Assembly: GCF_004010195.1 (NCBI RefSeq)
Contig: NC_057719.1
Coordinates: 52,568,608 to 52,632,607, forward strand
DNA length: 64,000 nucleotides
Reading direction: 5' to 3'
Source: Chiloscyllium plagiosum
Lineage: Eukaryota
Shown: positions 12,960 through 25,419 of the stretch, piece by piece
How the letters are laid out: every line of letters begins with the position of its first letter
How positions within the stretch are numbered: position 1 is the first letter of the stretch
Notes under the pieces: generated by a model
What the model was told of the DNA's origin: nothing
The model's database searches: none
The model's input: the letters and a program-made list of their open reading frames with translations, nothing else
Translations under genes and position numbers: made by a program

Positions 12960-13070
12960 GGTCAAAAGGTGTGGCGCTGGAAAAGCATCGGATACTGCCT
13001 GACTGGCTGCGCTTTTCCAGCACCACACTTTTTGACTTTGTTCTTCATTATCTGCAGTCCCCACTTTCTT
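12960..13070. mobile_element. Centre-deleted palindromic Penelope-terminus remnant
   Basis: gtcaaaaggtgtggcgctggaaaagc ... gcttttccagcaccacactttttgac inverted arms. Confidence 0.7.
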
Positions 13071-14461
13071 CGTTTAAATAGGGACCTGCCATGTGCTGCA
13101 TTGTATGGTAAAATGGACATGTGCGTAAATGCACTCTCACTAACCTTGACCAGTTCACCTTTTTAAACTCAGAATTACCAAGTGAGATAAACAAAGGGGA
13201 ACAACACTTGGGGGAAGATACAACATTGAACACATTTTCATGGAAAAAAATTATCAGACTCTCCTATTGTACCTTAATTAAACTCTATCAATCCCTTCAC
13301 AGGACTTTCTACAAATGGTCTTAAATCTCGAAGTAAACAGATTCAATCTACACTAGCTAACTACTTCTGACTCACACTTTAGAAGATTTTTTCTCCCTCT
13401 CCATAAGTTTCTACCACTGTCTTTGAACTGTTGTTTGAAAGGATTAGTAATACCCATTCAATAAGGCTAGGACAGGCTGTTCCTTGGTCTTTAAGAGTTG
13501 TTGATATTTCAGGATCTGCAGATGTCAACTTGGACTTCCTCTCTCAGCTAGGGATGGTTCTGGTCTTTGGGTCATCTCACTGAGGTGGTCTTCTGGCTCT
13601 GATCAGTCTGATAATGCTCACTGTGAGGTACAAAGAGCTGAAGATGCTATGTAGCTCAGCTACTAGTTGATCATGTCCTCTTCCAATGCTGTTGAATTGG
13701 GTACACAAAACAGAGTGAGCTTGGGGGCTCCAGGTTGCTCCTGCTATCCCCCTCTTGCAGCCTTCTTGAACATTCTCTGGCCTGTGTCCAATCCTAGCAT
13801 TGGGTGGGGCAGGAAAATCCATTGAGATGGCTATTTTTCATATTTGGTTTTGAACCTTCAACTATCCATGTCTCATTATGTCTCTGGCCTCCTGCTGAGC
13901 TGGGTGCCACCAAGTAATAAGTCTTCTAACAAAGTAGGTCCACTGATGGCACAAACATCAGATCATTCTAAAACAATGGCCACTAACAAGTACCTAGGCA
14001 GTTCCAGGCCTGTCTGGTTTCAGCGGGTTGTTAATTGTCGAAGGCCTGGCTGCACGAATACTGTCTGTTCTAGTTTTGCAGTTTGCAAATTGCAGAGTCC
14101 AGCCAGATTTAAACTTGGCTTCCATGTGTTGAGTTTTTATCCATGCTCATGAGAAAATGTCAATATTTCTGTAACAACCCTGGAGGTCAAGGGTCACCTG
14201 ACTACAATGGGCAAGAGATTATTTTCTTGTTCTTCACCCCCCAAGTGGCCCTGCCCAATGTCCTTCTATGTATTTCTTAACACAATCTAGTTTCTGGTAA
14301 CGTTATTGATCTTTTCCATTCTCCACACAATGATTTGATGACTTAGCGATTCATCAGACAATTGAGGATGGTTGTTAACCATCAAGATTCAAGCCATTTG
14401 TCCTTATTTGTAATTACATTATCATGATGCCAGTGAGTCTAACAGCTATTGTTACTTTAAG

Positions 14462-14630
14462 TTGGAAAAAACACCTGCCATTTACTTTATCTATACCCCT
14501 CATGATTTTATAAACCTCTATAAGGTCACCTCTCTACCTCCAGTGAAAGAAGTCCCAGCCTCTCCAGCCTCTCCTTATAACTCAAACCTTCCTGGCAACA
14601 TGCTGGTAAATCTTTTCTGAACCCCATCCA
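14462..14630 (-). mobile_element. CR1 fragment
   Basis: cccctcatgattttataaacctctataaggtcacc is the antisense of GDLIEVYKIMRG. Confidence 0.8.
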
Positions 14631-14919
14631 TTACCTTGTGAATCTGCCATTTAAATTTGGTTATGCACACCTTCCTACTCAAAGATGGGATTGCTGGTAT
14701 TTCAGGGCACTCAAACCCAGGGCAACCCAAGAAGAATTGAGAAAGCTGTGAATTTCCATAGTTGGCTGTGCAATAAGTCTACCTTGAGGCTCCATTACTG
14801 TAGCTAAAAATTGGGGAATAATTTGATGATTTTCTTTGTACAGTTACAACCAGATTTTAAAGATGGGCATTATCCAACACTGATGCAGTGTAAACATTAA
14901 AATTCCTATTTAATAGCCT

Positions 14920-15530
14920 TAGCCTAGATGTTGTTCAGGTCCTGCTGGATATGGATACGGAATGCTTTGGTATCTGAGGAGTTGTGAGTGGTGTTGAACA
15001 TTGTGTAATCTTAAGCAAAGATCCCCACTTGTGACCTAATGAAGGAAGGCATGTCATTGATGAAGCAGCTAAAGATGGTTAGGCCGACGGCACTACCCTG
15101 AGACAGACTGCTTTTGAGCCAGGAGGTCCGGAGTTCAGGTCCCATCTGCTTCAGAGATGTAATAATATCACTGGACAGATTGATTCGGAAATATCTCTAC
15201 CCTGAGGAACTCCTGCAGTAGTGTCCCAGGAGTGAAATGATTGAGCTCCAACATCCACAACTGTCTTCTGTTGTGCTAAGTCTGACTCCAACCATTTACT
15301 CTCCTGATTCCCAGATCTCAGTTTTGTTAAGGTTGTTTGAAGCCACACTCAGACCCCTAATGCCTTGATGCCAAGAGCAATCATTCTCACATTATCTCTC
15401 AAGTTCAGCTCTTTTGCACATATTTGAACCAAGGCTTTAATGAGGTCACAAGCTCAGTCGCCCTGTAATGACCCAAACTGAGTGTCAGAGAGCAGATGAC
15501 TGCTGAACCAATGTTACTTGATAGCACTGT
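14920..15530 (-). mobile_element. CR1/L2-clade LINE RT fragment
   Basis: Minus strand reads AGVPQG|SAVGLTIFSCFINDMPS..GIFA*D..IQQDLNNI; it is split by the insert at 15103-15196. Confidence 0.8.
15103..15196 (+). mobile_element. Short tRNA-derived SINE-like insert with 10-bp TSD
   Basis: CTACCCTGAG at 15093-15102 and 15197-15206; B-box-like ggagttcaggtccc. Confidence 0.7.
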
Positions 15531-15965
15531 TTATTGCATATCCATAGTTGCCATATTAATTCAATAAAAGGCCCAGACAGGTGTGAGATTATTGGATTTA
15601 GTAGCAAAATAAACATCTGTTGCAAGATCATATTAACCACCCTGCATTACAAGTGATAGCTTTTAATATGCAAACTGTTGACTCAAGTTGGAAACTAATT
15701 TCATTATGGAGTTCTTTGTCCATTTTGGAAATTATTCAAGGAAATGGGAAACAGGGAAAAAATATAAGTGGCATCCTCACATGGTGAGATATTACTATCA
15801 GCTTGGCAGAAACATTAGAAGCACCAAAGGTAATGATTATAATAGATTGCAATTAGTAAGATCTTAATAAGCATCTTGGATAGTTTTAATTTCCTTTGAA
15901 AAGTTCCTTTGTAACGTTGAATAGGAAACCACAATTTCAATTTGACCAATAGCCAAATAAATAGC

Positions 15966-16054
15966 TGCTCCTCGGATGCTGCCTGAACTGCTGTGCTCTT
16001 CCAGCACCACTAATCCAAAATCTGGTTTCCAGCATCTGCAGTCATTGTTTTTAC
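15966..16054 (+). mobile_element. Penelope 3' terminal fragment with 13-bp TSD
   Basis: CCAAATAAATAGC at 15953-15965 and 16055-16067; the body is nearly identical to 12212-12300. Confidence 0.88.
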
Positions 16055-16799
16055 CCAAATAAATAGCATAGCCATGATCACAAAGCCAGTGTATTAGTCA
16101 GTATTAACCATTTTCAGTTTGCTACAGGTGTGAAATACCTATAGTCGTGATGGTTCAGAAGATGTGATAATTACTATTGATTTTCCATTTCTCAGTGGGA
16201 TGAAATACAAACAGCAGCTTTTTTATCCTTTAGATTGAACACAATGTGGTTCAAATTGCATGGTCAAAACTGTCATCTTTTTCATTAAAAAAATTCCTCC
16301 TGCATGTACTGTTTCTCCTTGGTAGGTAAATGCATTCCATTTCTCCGAACCTCTATACACACAGGAAACTTGCCTGAATCCAGTCTATGAAAAAGTGAGT
16401 CCGGTCTATTCATAGTAACTGGTTAGTTGGAGAGCATCCTCAGGACACATGAAAGACTGGAGAAAGACAAGGCATGACGAGAAAACATTAGCTGATTCCC
16501 TTCTCTTAAGAGCATGGTAAACCAATTGGATTTTAATGAAAATCTGGTAGTATTTTCTCCTTGATTAATTGAGATCAGTTTTATCATTTTGCAAAGATGA
16601 TTTGAGCTCACAATTTGAGATTTTAACTTAGTATCATTACCACAACACTACTTTACCTAGTGAAAACTTCTTTTATCAAACATTCTGCAATTTGTTACTG
16701 AAATTTCAGCCACTTTCTGAGGCAGAATTACTGGGCTATCTTCCTTTATAGCCAAGCTTATATAATTGCATACCTAATACGATATATATATATTTGAAT

Positions 16800-18050
16800 A
16801 CCTGGAACAGCATGATAAAATAGGGCAAAGTCAGCATTTATTTCACCAAGAAGCCTCACAAATCTGTTAGAATTCTTTGAGCAGGTAACAAGCAGGTTAG
16901 ATTAAGGAGAGCCAATGGATGTTACCTATCTGGACTTCCAGAAGGCCTTTGAAGAGGGGTGGCACAGAAGGCAGTAGAGTAAGGTAAGGGCCCATGGTGT
17001 TAGAGGCAAGGTGCTAGCATGGATAGAAATTTGACTGTCTGGAAGAAAGCAGAGAGTGGGGATAAAAGAGCCCTTCTCAGGATGGCAGCTGGTAACTAGT
17101 GATGTTCCACAAGGGTCAGTGTTGGGACCACGACTATTCACTTTGTATGTTAATGATCTGGATGTAGGAACTGAGGGCATTCTGGCTAAGTTTGCAGATG
17201 ATACAAAGATAGGTAGAGGGACAGGTATTGTAGAGGAGGTGGAGAGGCTGCAGAAAGGTTTAGACAGGTTAGGAGATTTGGCAAAGAAGTGGCAGATGAA
17301 ATACAATGTAGGCAAGTGTGAGGTCATGGACTTTGGGAGAAAGGATACAGGCGTAGACTATTTTCTAAATTAGGAGAAAATTCAGAAATCTGAAGTGCAA
17401 AGGGACTTGAGAGTTCTGGTCCAGGTTTCTCTTAAGGTGAATGGCAGTTAGGAAGGCAAATACAATGTTGTCATTCATCTCGAGAGGACTAGAATATAAA
17501 AGCAGGGATGTATTTCTGAGGCTTTATAAGCCTCTGGTCAGATCACATTGAGAGTATCGTGAGTAATTTTGGGCCCCATACCTCATGAAAGATGTCCTGG
17601 AGTGGGTCCAGAGGAGTTTCACCACAATGATGCCAGGAGTTCACATATGCCAGGGCTTAACATATGAGGAATGCTTGAGCACTCTGGGATTATACTCAAT
17701 GGAGTTTAGAAGGATGAGGGGGGATCTGATTAAAACTTACGAAATATTGAATGGTCTGGACAGAGTGGACATTGGGAAGATATTTCCATTAGCAGGAGAG
17801 ATGAGGACCCGAGGGCATAGCCTTAGAGGAAAAGGAAGACCCTTTTAGAATGGAGATAAGGAGAAACTTTTTTAGCCAGAGCATGGAATTCATTGCCACA
17901 GAAGGCTATAGAGGCTACGTTGTTGAGTACATTTAAAACAGAAATACATAAGTTCTTGATTGCCAAGGGAGAAAATGGGAAAATGGGGATGAAAGGCAGA
18001 GCAGACATGATGGGCCAAACAGCCGAACTTCTGCTCCTATGGTCTTATGG
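16800..18050 (+). mobile_element. CR1 LINE RT and 3' end
   Basis: YLDFQKAF, VPQGSVLGP..FADDTK, LGLYSMEFRRMRGDLI; tail ctatggtcttatg. Confidence 0.92.
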
Positions 18051-18719
18051 AATGCCTGCTGTTTGTGGAAGCTGTGTGACTGTGGCAAATAATTTTAAGC
18101 ACACCCCTGTTTCTCTTCTTATGTTGGGATTTTGGAGTCTGTACCTCAGATATTTCATGAGTTAATTTGGCTCTGGTTCAGATCTATATTTAATTATGTT
18201 TAAAAGTAATCAGTAAGCTAAAGGCTTTTGCTAGAGCTACAGTAAACTTGACAGAAAATCTGAATTGATGATCTTTTTTGCTGCAGGCCATTCTCATACA
18301 AAAACTAAACAGGAAAGTCTGCATACCATATACCTGTCACTGCATAGAGTACCATAGCTTTTCAGCTGTAATGATTTTAAACTACTTGAATCTCCATCAA
18401 TTCTTTGTAGCATGCCTATTACCAAAAATATATTAAAATCTATAGAATACAACCAAATTAACTAAATATAGTGATGAGTTAACATGTTTTATTGTGCAAT
18501 ATATAATTTATGAGTCTTTTGATGCACACAGTCACAACATTAACAAAAATATCAATACTATGGAAATGTGAACTATTAAATCTTTAACAATTGAAAATGT
18601 AAGAACTAGGAGTATGTGTATGCAATTCAGCCCCTCAAGTCTGCTTATGGAATATTGAATGGCCTGGACAGAGTGGGCATTGGGAAGATATTTCTATTGG
18701 CAGGAGAGATGAGTTCCCG

Positions 18720-21085
18720 AGAAGTAAGCTAGTCTAGATCTGGTTCTGTGTAATGAGATAGGAATAATTAATTACCTCATAGTTAGGGATCCTCTTGGAA
18801 GGAGCAATCACAGTATGGTTGAATTTAGAACACAGATGGAGAGTGTGAAGATAAAATCCAATTTAACCTAACCATAACTAGGGTCCTGTGCTTAAATAAG
18901 GGAGACTACAAAAGGATGAGGGAGGACTTGGCTAAAGTAGACTGGAAACAAAGACTTTATGGTGGGATTATTAACAATCAGTGGAGGACCTTCAAAGCAA
19001 TTGTTCAAAGTCCTCAGCAAAAGTATATTCCAGTGTAAAGGAAGGATGATAGGAAAAGGGGTAATCCACCATGGGGATCTAAGGAAATATAGGAGGCTAT
19101 CAAATTGAAAGAGAAGGCATACAAAGTGGCCAAGAAGAGTGAGAAACTAGAAGATTGTGAAAGCTTTCAAGATTAACAGAAAACCACAAAAAGAAATAAA
19201 GAAAAATAAGATAGGGCATGAGAAAGAAAAACTAGCACAGACTACAAAGAGAGATTGCAAAAGTTTCTGTAAATATATAAGATAAAAAGAGTGGCTAAAG
19301 TAAACGTTTTTTTAGAGGATGAGAAGGGGCATTTAGTTATGGGATATGATGAAATGGCCAGAGCATTGAATAGATATTTTGTATCAGTCTTCACAGCAGA
19401 GAACACTAACAACATGCCAGTAATTGACAAAGAGACAAAGGTGGATGGGATCTGGAAACAATCATTATCACGGAAGAGGTAGCATTGGGCAAACTAATGG
19501 AGCGAAGGATAGACAAGTTTCCTGGCCCTCATGGAATGCATCTCATGGTACTACATGAGATGGCAGGAAAAATAGCAGGTGCACTCATGGTAATTTTCCA
19601 AAATTTGCTGGACTCTGGGGCAATTCCAGCAGATTAGAAAATAACAAATGTGACGCTACTGTTAAAAAGGCAGGTAGACAAAGATGGGGAATTATAGACC
19701 AGTTGGCTTAAATTCTGTAGTACAGAAGGTGCTTGAGTCTATTATCAAGGAAGAAATAGCAAGGCATCGAGATAGAAACTGTCCGATTGGGCAGATGCAG
19801 CATGGGTGCATGAAGAACAGGTCATGCTAAACTGATCTTTTGGAATTCAATGAAGAGATTACTAATACGGTGGACAACGGGGACCCAGTAGATGTGGTGT
19901 ACCTAGATTTCCAAAAGGCCTTCAACAAGGTGTCATACAAGAGGCTGCTGCATAAGGTAAAGATGCATGGCATTACGGGTAAAGTATTAGCATGGATAGA
20001 GGATTGGTTGACTAGCAGGAAGCAAAAAGTGGGTATAAATGAATGCTATTCTGGTTGGCAATCAGTGACTAGTGGTATGCCTCAGGAATCAGTGTTGGGA
20101 CCATAATTAATAACAATTTACACAGATGATTTGGAGATGGGGATCACGTGTCATGTATCTTAGATGTCACTGAGATACGTGGTAGAACAAAGTGTGCAGA
20201 GGACTGTGAAACTATGCAGAGGAACATAGATACTTTATGTGAGTGGAAAAAGGTCTGTCAAATGGAATACAATGTTAATAACTGTCAAGTCATCCCTTTT
20301 GGTAGGAATAACAGTAAAAAAGGCTATTGCTTGAATGGTAAAAAGTTGCAGCATGCTGCTGTGCAGAGGGACCTGGGTGTCCTTGTGCATGAATCACAGA
20401 AGGTTAGTCCGCAGGTACAACAGGTAATTCGGAAGGCAAATGGAATTTTGACCTTCATTGCTGAAGGGATTGAGTTTAAAAGCTGGGAGGTAATATTGTG
20501 GCTGTACAAGGTGCTGATGAGGCCACACCTAGAGTATTGCATGCAGTTTTGGTCTCCTTACTTGAGAAAGGACATACTGGCACTAGAGGATGGCAGAGGA
20601 GGTTCACTAGGTTGAGTCTGGAGTTGAGGGAGTTGGCTTATGAAGACAGACTGAGTAGACTGGGATTATATTCATTGGAATTTAGAAGAAAGGGGTTGAT
20701 CTTATAGAAACATATAAAATTATGAAGGGCATAGATACAATAGACATAGAGAGGATGTTTTCATTGGCGGGTGAAACTAGGACAAGACAGCATAGTCTCA
20801 AAATTAGGTGGAGCAGATTTAGGACTGAATTGAGAAAGAACCTCTTCACCCAGAGGGTTGGTAATCTGTGGAATTCACTGTCTAGTGAAGTGGCTGATGC
20901 CACTTCCGTAAATATTTTTAAGGCAAAGGTAGATTTTGTTTGAACAATGAAAGAATTAAGGGTTATGGACAGGGGGCAGATAAGTGGAGCTGAGTCCATG
21001 AAAGATCAACCATGGTCTTATTGAATGGCAGAGCAGGCTCGAAGGGCTAGGCGGCCTACTCCTGCTCCTAGTTCTTATGTTCTTG
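18720..21085 (+). mobile_element. CR1 LINE, 5'-truncated ~2.4 kb
   Basis: LNRYFVSVFT, VDVVYLDFQKAFNKV, RPHLEYCMQFWSP and LFTQRVGNLWNSL; tail tcttatgttctt. Confidence 0.93.
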
Positions 21086-21339
21086 TGTAACATTTCACAA
21101 ATATGAAGATTTACAGAAGGCAAAGTTGTTCATTTCAAGTAACATTGAACGTACAATGGCAACATGCCTGTGGGATATCCTAAAGACTTTTGCTAATTTT
21201 GAAGTATATGGAAATGCAGTCTCTGTTCTAACATAGATATATGCTGCATACATATTTACATAATTAAATATCAGGATGATAATGGCAGGATAATCCATTT
21301 TAGTGATGGCGGCTATGTGAACTCCTCTGTTCCTCAAAT

Positions 21340-22120
21340 TCTTTTTATTCATTTGTGAAATGTGGGTGTTTCTGGCTGGGCCAGCATTTATCGCCGGTCC
21401 CTAGTTGCTCTTGAAAAGGTGGTAGTGAGCTGCCTACTTGAACCACTGCAGTCCGCCTGCTGTAGATTGACCCATAATGCCATTAGGGAGGGAATTCCAG
21501 AATTTTGACCCAGCAACACTGAACGAATGGCGATATATTTTCAAGTCAGATGGAGTGTGGCTTGGAGGGATCTTGAAGGTGGTGCTGTTCCCAAGTATCT
21601 GTTGTCCTTGTCCTTCTATGTGGAAGTGGTCGTGGGTTTGGAAGGTGCTGTCTAAGGATCTTTGGTGAATTTCTGCAGTGCATCTTGTAGATTGTGCACA
21701 CTACTGCTACAGTAGTGGACAGAGTGGATGCCTGTGGGTGTGGTACTAATCAAGCAGACTGCTTTGTCCTGGATGGTGTCAAGCTTCTTGAGTGTTGTTG
21801 AAGCTGCACTCATTCAGACAATTTGGGAGTATTCCATCACACTCCTGACTTCGGGGGTAGTCCATCACATTCCTGACTTGTGCCTTCTAGATGATGGACA
21901 GGCTTTAGGGAGTCAGGAGGTGAGTAATCACTGCAGAATTCCTAGTCTCTGGCCTGTTTTCATAGCTACTGTGTTTATGTGATGACTCCTGTTGAGTTTA
22001 AGGTCAATTGTAACTCCCAGGCTGTTGGTAATGTGGGATTCAATGATAGTAACACCATTGAAGGTCATGGGGTGGTGGTTAGATTGTCTTTTATTGGTAA
22101 TAGTTATAACCTGGCATTTA
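21340..22120 (-). mobile_element. CR1/L2-clade LINE 3' end
   Basis: Antisense LLTP..LS..Y.AQVR.VME and KKLDTIQDKAVCLI motifs; gaataaaaa-type tail at ~21345. Confidence 0.75.
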
Positions 22121-22387
22121 TATGCTGAAATATTGCTATAAAATCAGAAAAAAAGACTGATGGGGTCTCCTTTTAGTGTTGCGTGCACCATTACAACAAT
22201 GCCTCAGTATTGCATTGAAATATTATGTTGTACAAAATGCTTAATTAAATGTCAAGCATATTCATAAGCTGTTGACTCAGAGTTGGTTACTCCTCTTGAG
22301 TCAAGATTAAAGTGTATTCATGTACTGAGTAATCTTTCCTGTAGTCAGAAACATAATGAAAGGAAAAAGATAGGCAATTTAATTTAC

Positions 22388-22577
22388 AAGTCCAGTGTGT
22401 TGCTGGAAAAGCACAACAGGTCAGGCAGCATCCGAAGAGCACAAGAGTCAACATTTTGTGCAAAGCCTTTCATCAGGAAACTTCCTGAATGTTGACTCTG
22501 CTGCTCCTTGGATGCTGTCTGACCTGTTGTGTTTTTCCAGCACCACGCTCTCGACTCCAGTCTCCAGCATCTGCAGT
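22388..22577. mobile_element. Palindromic Penelope-terminus mini-element with ~13-bp TSD
   Basis: Inverted arms gctggaaaagcacaacaggtcaggcagcatcc / ggatgctgtctgacctgttgtgtttttccagc; flanks caatttaatttac / caacttaatttac; degenerate CTGATGA core on the minus strand. Confidence 0.82.
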
Positions 22578-23339
22578 CAACTTAATTTACGACATAATTT
22601 CGAAATTAAGAAAAAGTTAGTAGAGAAGAAAAGGAATGTAAATTGGTTGAAATTTTCTGGTCAAGTTGGTGGGAATTTGTAGACAGGAAGAACATTTAAT
22701 AGCAGTTCTCAACCCTGTCACCTTCTCACTTCCATCTGAATAATGTGCTAGACAGAAGAATCTACCTTGCCTCAAATTGAGACCCTTAAGTGGCCAAATT
22801 ATGACAATGTAAGAGCCTCATCCACTTCTGTTGACATGCAACCAAATGTAGGATGACTTGTCACCAAAATTTCATACACAGCAGTGAAAGTGTGCACCCA
22901 CTGCGTTACCTCTAAAAAAATCCCTCGATCAATGGCACTCAGTGCTTGATCAAGATCCAAGATGCTCAGAGCAGGGAGCTTGCAGAGTGCCCCTCCCTTC
23001 ACTTCCACCTCCATTCATCGTGCCCCTCAGCCAGCCTCTTCTCATATCACTGTGCCTGTGGCCTGGGTTGCTTCATGATCCTTGGACCCTGGTGGATATT
23101 TTTCCAGCAACAGCCATTGCCTCTCCTGTGATATTACTCAACATTAGAGCTACCCCTCTTTGGTTGGCCAACAGCTCTAAGTAGCAGAGACTTCTCCTGG
23201 AATTTTGATTTCAAGGGTCGACCCCTTGATGGCTTTACTATTGCTTGATTGGTATGTGGTTTAGTATCTATCTGGTTACTTCCAATTTGAAAATATTACC
23301 AGTTCTACTAATGCATTACAAAAAACCTTCGTCTTGAAG

Positions 23340-23722
23340 ACATAGTCATAAAGTCATAGAGATGTACAGGACGGAAACAGACCCCTTTGTCCAAATCATC
23401 CATGCTGACCAGATATGCTAACCTCATGTAGTCCTATTGGCCAGGATTTGGCCCATATCCTTCTAAACTTTTCCTATTCATGTTGTAACAGTATCAGCCT
23501 TCACCACTTCCTCTGTCAACGCATTCCATACATGCACCACCCTCTGTGTGAAAATGTTGCTCCTTAGGTCCCTTTTAAATTTTTCCCCTCTCATCCTAAA
23601 CCTATGCTCTCCAGTTCTGGACTCCCCGACTCCAGGGGAACATACTTTGTCTATTTACCCTATCTATGCCCCTCATGATTTTATAAACCTCTATAAGGTT
23701 ATCCCTCAGCCTCTGACATTCC
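23340..23722 (-). mobile_element. CR1 3' end
   Basis: catagtcataaagtcatag tail and antisense RT C-terminal motifs. Confidence 0.85.
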
Positions 23723-23724
23723 AG

Positions 23725-25415
23725 CTTATTTTAATTGAGGCAAGGGTGGATAGAATGAGGGCCAGGGCTGCTGGGAAGGTAAGCAAACCATTTAAAAAGC
23801 TTACCTCGGGAGTCTGTGGCCTCCATTTTAATTGCAGTGAGGGCGGAGAGAGCAAGGCCCAGCGGCCTAGTGGGAAGGTAAGCAAACCTTTTAAAAAGCT
23901 GATTTATTCAGGCAGCAGCCAAGCATGAGATACTACCCGTGAAGTATTTCTCACCCGCCCTCCTCCTCTAATCGATACAAATGACTCTGTGGTGTGTTGA
24001 TAAGGTAAAAATTTTCTGTTTTATTTTATTGTATGATTGATAAAAGAAAACTTCTTTTTTCTTTTTCTTAACTTTAGTCTCAACTTAGGTAAAGCTTAAG
24101 ATTGAAAATGGCAGGAGATCTCAGAGCCATGTTATGCTCCTCTTGCTCAATGTGTGAGCTTAGGAACACAGCTGATGTCCCTGGCTCCTTCATGTGCAAG
24201 AAGTGAGTCCAGCTGCAGCTCTTGTCTGACCACATGACAGCTCTGGAGCTTCGGATGGACTCACTTTAGAGCATACTCGATACTGAGGAGTTCATAGATA
24301 GCACGTTTAGTGAACTAGTCACACCACAGATTGGGATTGCTGAGTGAGAAAGGGAATGGGTGCCCAAAAGGCACAGAAAGACAGTGCAGGTGTCCCCTGC
24401 GGTCATCTCCCTCCAAAACAGGTATACTGTTTTGGATATTGTTGGGGAGATGGCTCACTAGGGGAGGGCAACAGAAGCCAGGATCATGGCACAATGGCTG
24501 GCTCTACTGTTCTGAAGAGAGGGAAAAAGAGTGGAAAAGTCACAGGGGATTCAATTGTAAAGGGGACTGTCAGAGAATACAGCAGAATATAGATAGATTG
24601 GAGAGTTGGGCAGAGAAATGGCAGATGGAGTTCAATCCAGACAAATGAATGGTGATGCATTTTGGAAGATGCAATTCAAGAGCGAGCTGTACAGTAAATG
24701 GAAAAGTCCTGGGGAAAATTGATCTCGGTGTTCAGATCCATTGTTCCCTGTGGCAACACAGATCAGTAGAGTGGTCAAGAAGGCATAAGGCATGCTTTCC
24801 TTCACTGGATGGTGTACTGAGTACAAGCATTGGCAGGTCATGTTATAGCTGTATAGGACTTTGATTCAGACACATTGGAATACTACAGACAGTTGTGGAT
24901 ATGACATAACAGAAAGGATGTGGATTCTTTGGAGAGGGTGCAGAGGAGATTCACCAGAATGTTGCCTGGTATGAAGGGTGCTAGCTATGAGGAGAGGTTG
25001 AGTAGATTAGGATTATTTTCATTGTAAAGAAGGCGATTGAGTGGGGACCTGATTGAGATCTACAAATCATGAGAGGTGTAGACAAGTGGATAGCAAGAAA
25101 CTTTTTTCCCAGAGTGGAGGATTCAATTACTGGGGTCATGAGTTCAAAGTGGGAGGGGAAAGATTTAGGGGAGATATATGTGGAAAGTTCTTCACACAGA
25201 GGGTGCCTGGTATGCGTTGCCAGCAGAGGTGGTAGGGGCAGGATAGCATCATTTAAGATGTATCTGGACAGATACATGAATGGGCAGAGAGCAAAGAGAT
25301 ACAGATCCTTAGAAAATAGGCAGCAGGTGTAGATAGAGAATTTGGATTGGCGTAGGCTTGGACGGCCAAAGGGCCTGTTCCTGTGTTGCAATGTTCTTTG
25401 TTCTTTGTTCAATGT
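23725..25415 (+). mobile_element. Internally deleted CR1: 5'UTR + ORF1 N-terminus fused to ORF2 3' end
   Basis: ATG at 24108 gives MAGDLRAMLCSSCSMCE..FMCKK*VQLQLL (zinc finger/leucine zipper). The esterase-type GDSIVKG at ~24545 is followed immediately by DCQRIQQNIDRLESWAEKWQMEFNPDK; (ttctttg)n tail. Confidence 0.88.
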
Positions 25416-25419
25416 TCTT

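Noticed and set aside
13480..14240. GC-richer patch (similar patches at ~22700-23260 and ~51290-51790), possibly Harbinger-related remnants
   Set aside because: No translatable motif or terminal repeat could be supported.
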